Shown here in pieces: positions 61,101-64,000 of a stretch of DNA of 64,000 nucleotides. Position numbers and translations under genes: made by a program. Source of the DNA: Takakia lepidozioides (taxonomy: Eukaryota; Plantae; Bryophyta). The notes beneath the pieces are model-generated. The model ran no database searches. It saw only the letters and a list, made by a program, of their open reading frames with translations, and had not been told where the DNA came from. Position 1 is the first letter of the stretch. Every line of letters starts with the position of its first letter. The DNA is taken from NCBI GenBank assembly GCA_030704615.1, contig CM060731.1, positions 34,100,001 to 34,164,000 of the forward strand, written 5' to 3'.

Positions 61101-61281
61101 AGCCACCCCCACCGCAACCCGGTGTGCGGGGCTCCACCTAGTGAGCGCCTCCGCCTCCTTGAGTGCCTTGGGCACTCAAGGGTGCTTCAGCCTCCGTACC
61201 TATCGCTGCTACTGCCCCCACCACAGAGGCAGCCCCTCTTGTGTCCCGACCTCCCTGCCCTCAAGGCAAAGGGCCGCGACA
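55161..61281 (-). mobile_element. Ty3/gypsy chromovirus element B (sibling of A); integrase core deleted
   Basis: LTRs 55161-55886 and 60556-61281 (726 bp each, about 8 differences by eye), TSD ATCCC. gag-PR ORF 60395-58809, frameshift near 58840, RT-RH-chromo ORF to 56734. ~855-bp in-frame deletion at ~57262 relative to A. Confidence 0.95.
60542..60553 (-). other. Primer-binding site (tRNA-iMet) of element B
   Basis: TGGTATCAGAGC lies immediately inside the 5' LTR. Confidence 0.9.
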
Positions 61282-61286
61282 ATCCC

Positions 61287-63117
61287 GGTCTATCTTTATT
61301 GTGCTTTGTTTTGCACGAGGCATGAGACCATGCCCCCTGAGAGCACACTCCATGATCAATCTCTACCCCGCTTCAAACACATGGTACATTTTAAGTTTGG
61401 GCCCATCCTTCCCAACAACTCCGGTGAATGTTTGTATCAATATATATATATCACTATACACTTTATGACAGTAAATACATTTGAAGGGCATCTTGTTATT
61501 ATAACCAGGTTCATCAACCATTGCCTTTAATGAACCTCGCAAATTAGTGCTTCCCACTCATTAGAGTCGTACTCCTCATGGTATGTCCGACACGCTTCGT
61601 GCATGGTGGATTTTTTCCCTATATCGTACCCACTGGAAATCCTCTACCACTTCTGCCCTAAAGAATCCTCCAATACAACATACGTTGCTGGAATGTTAAG
61701 ACAAAAACTCACACTAACAATGGACACCTACAATGAAGTAAACGCGGATTGGATTGCAATACATGTAGGAAAATCACACCCATAACACGCAAAGCAGATG
61801 GAGTTCACCCGGCTTCATCCGCGATGAAGAGAAAGACAATAGGTCGAAAACAAATAGAAAATGAAACTCGGAATACCTGCAGTGAGACCCCTTAAGTGAA
61901 TTTGGAATGGCTTCTCGCTTCACCGCATCCCCTCCCACTCCGTGACGGAAATCAATCATAATATGCAATGAAATAAGAGTTCAGGAAAAATGATGATGGT
62001 GACAACCTCCTCAAAAAATGCTTGGATATAGGGCATTTCGTGCAAGAGACTGCTTCGGATGCTTCGAGAAGACGGCTCAAGGTGCACTAAACCTGCGATG
62101 TAGAGAGGGATAGACGACGTCTCGCCTCCAAAGCGACATCTTGGTGTGTGAGTGTGGGCCAGTGTTGGTCTGGTATGGGTATCTGACCCTGGTATCAGGG
62201 ACCAGACCAGCCTGGTCCTAATCTCTACATACCCAAGGCGATACCATTGCTTGCCTTAGTGTAGGGTTAGCACATACCATACCAGTTTGGTGTTGATGGC
62301 TAGGGTTTAGTATTGATACTCATTGCAAGCGTTTCGCAACCATTCTTCGACTGGTGTCAATTCTTGTTGACGGGAAGTACGAAAGAGTTTTATGGCGGCC
62401 ACTTCGCAGCTTAGGGTCGATGGATTGTTGGGCGAACAATCAAGGCTTGAATCAAGGCTCTGCCGGTGGCAATGAGATCATTTTCCGTGTGCAGTTCTCC
62501 TGTTCATGTATGATGCATTCATCAAGTGTTTTTTAAGTCAATTGAAGGTTCGTTTGATACCAGATCCCAGTATGTATACCAATTGGTATTACTTGAGCAC
62601 ATTTGTATTGATACCATTGCTTAAGTGATTAAAAATAGCTTGATAAATATCCCTGGTACCAATGTTCCCCTGGTATGTCATTTTGAGAGCCACCCATATA
62701 GCAGGACCAGCTTGGTATCCAAAAATGTTGATACCAAGACCAACATTGGTGTGGACCTCACAAGCTAGCACCGATTGCCATCAGATAGAGTCATGCCCAT
62801 GGTCCTGATGGGATGATCCAAAGGTAGTTACATGATTCATGTATTTCAAGGCTGATGCGACGATGGCGATGTTATATGAAGCATGGATTTCAGGGATGAT
62901 GGAATGATGGTGTGTTACATGAGTCATGTATTACGGCTTTCAATTGGGAGTGGCGGCGGGCGGGCCGGGGGCAAATGGGGGAGGGATCAACGCGGCGACC
63001 CCGGCAGCCAGCACAAGAGATGCCACAGGGGATGAGGCGGAAGGGGGAGGGGCGGCCCACGCAGGCACACCCGCTCACGGTGCCGCATTCAACTCCAGGG
63101 CCTTTTCTATTACTTGA
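61287..63117. mobile_element. Probable right arm of the MULE-like element, terminal repeat ~62790-63117
   Basis: The terminal ~300 bp is similar to ~45450-45738. Followed by ctataaaaaggg, which matches ctataaaaggg (reverse complement of 45739-45749). Confidence 0.5.
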
Positions 63118-63373
63118 CTATAAAAAGGGATCATTCTGGTCACCTAAAGACCCGGCCAGGCGTCACCCAGCCAGTCATTCTGGCCAGTCTCTTAGTTAGA
63201 GAGGACGGCCCGGGAATTTCCCGCCAGGTGAGGATGGCACCTTTCGTAGCGTAAGTTTCCTGCTCTTGTGAGCCGTCCGATCAAGGAAACCGCAGCCATC
63301 AAAATGCGAAACTCTTGCTGCTACATTAGGTGTAGGGTGAGAGCCTACACCTAATGTGCCGTACCCGGAGCAC

Positions 63374-63553
63374 CTAGTTGTAGCCGAGTGGTAATGGGTC
63401 ACATACCACCTTAGAAGTGGTTGTGGGTTCAATCCACCCTTGCTGTCACAAAGGTGTCCACCTTCCTAACAGACGGCAGTAACCATTGGGGGTGAAGAGA
63501 CACCATAATTTATGTTTCCTTGGGGAGGCATAAAATATTATTAATATTATTAA
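63374..63553 (+). mobile_element. tRNA-derived SINE, same family
   Basis: TAGCCGAGTGGTAATGG ... GGTTCAATCC ... gaagagacaccataattta ... AT-rich (tatta) tail. Confidence 0.65.
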
Positions 63554-64000
63554 GTGGTACCCAGCACTTCCGAGTCTTGCCGAGGTTGCCCAAGTTACCC
63601 AAGTTAGAGGGGTGAAAGCTCACACCATAATTTATGCTTGCTTCGAACAGGATTCAACCTTCAGCCCTTACAGATGCTACCTTTGTTTTGCACATTTATA
63701 CATACATATATATGAACATGGACTTGAGCAAGAATGAGATCTCACCAACCTATATCCTCAAACAGTCTTGCACCTACCTTCACCAATCAACTGTATTGGT
63801 TCCTCCCTTTCTACCTGGTCTCTAGTAACTTGGAAAAATCAACACTGATTCAGCATACACCCCTCCAATTAAACTTTATTTGGTTCAGGACTCATGACTG
63901 AAACCTGATGGAGTGAAGCAAGGCTCTCTCTGTTGACCTCCACATGAGCCTGTGTTACTCACGCCACCACCACCTTGACATTGGCACAGTTCCGTCAAAT

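Noticed and set aside
62150-62760. GATACC/GGTATC-rich tract as a separate MITE (similar low-complexity tracts at ~29400-29720 and ~31470-31720)
   Set aside because: No clear TIR or TSD could be defined by eye.

Overview
Eukaryotic land-plant nuclear DNA, probably a moss or other bryophyte (intron-rich genes, PLS-type PPR fragments, chromoviruses); the species cannot be determined. Left half: a multi-exon RBM28/Nop4-like 4-RRM ribosome-biogenesis gene (minus, 5178-20399) lies head-to-head with a xyloglucan fucosyltransferase (GT37) gene (plus, 20937-25088). A decayed partial tandem duplicate of this locus occupies 1-4907, and a small uncharacterised gene lies at about 26.7-27.1 kb. One 4.9-kb RBM28 intron holds two unexpected things. 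(i) A tandem array of about 8 box C/D snoRNA-like units (about 160-bp period, sense to the host) whose D' guide AGCACTGGGCA matches the LSU rRNA site methylated by snR76/SNORD88. (ii) An antisense pseudogene in which several OSB-type PDF (ssDNA-binding) motifs are fused to a PLS-class PPR array. Right half: nested transposons, including two sibling gypsy chromoviruses with TSDs, a third gypsy element split by a ~6-kb inversion, a MULE/SWIM remnant, SINEs, and a Pack-CACTA element (TIRs plus 3-bp TSD) carrying the same PDF/PPR gene fragments. All calls are from manual reading; no searches were run.
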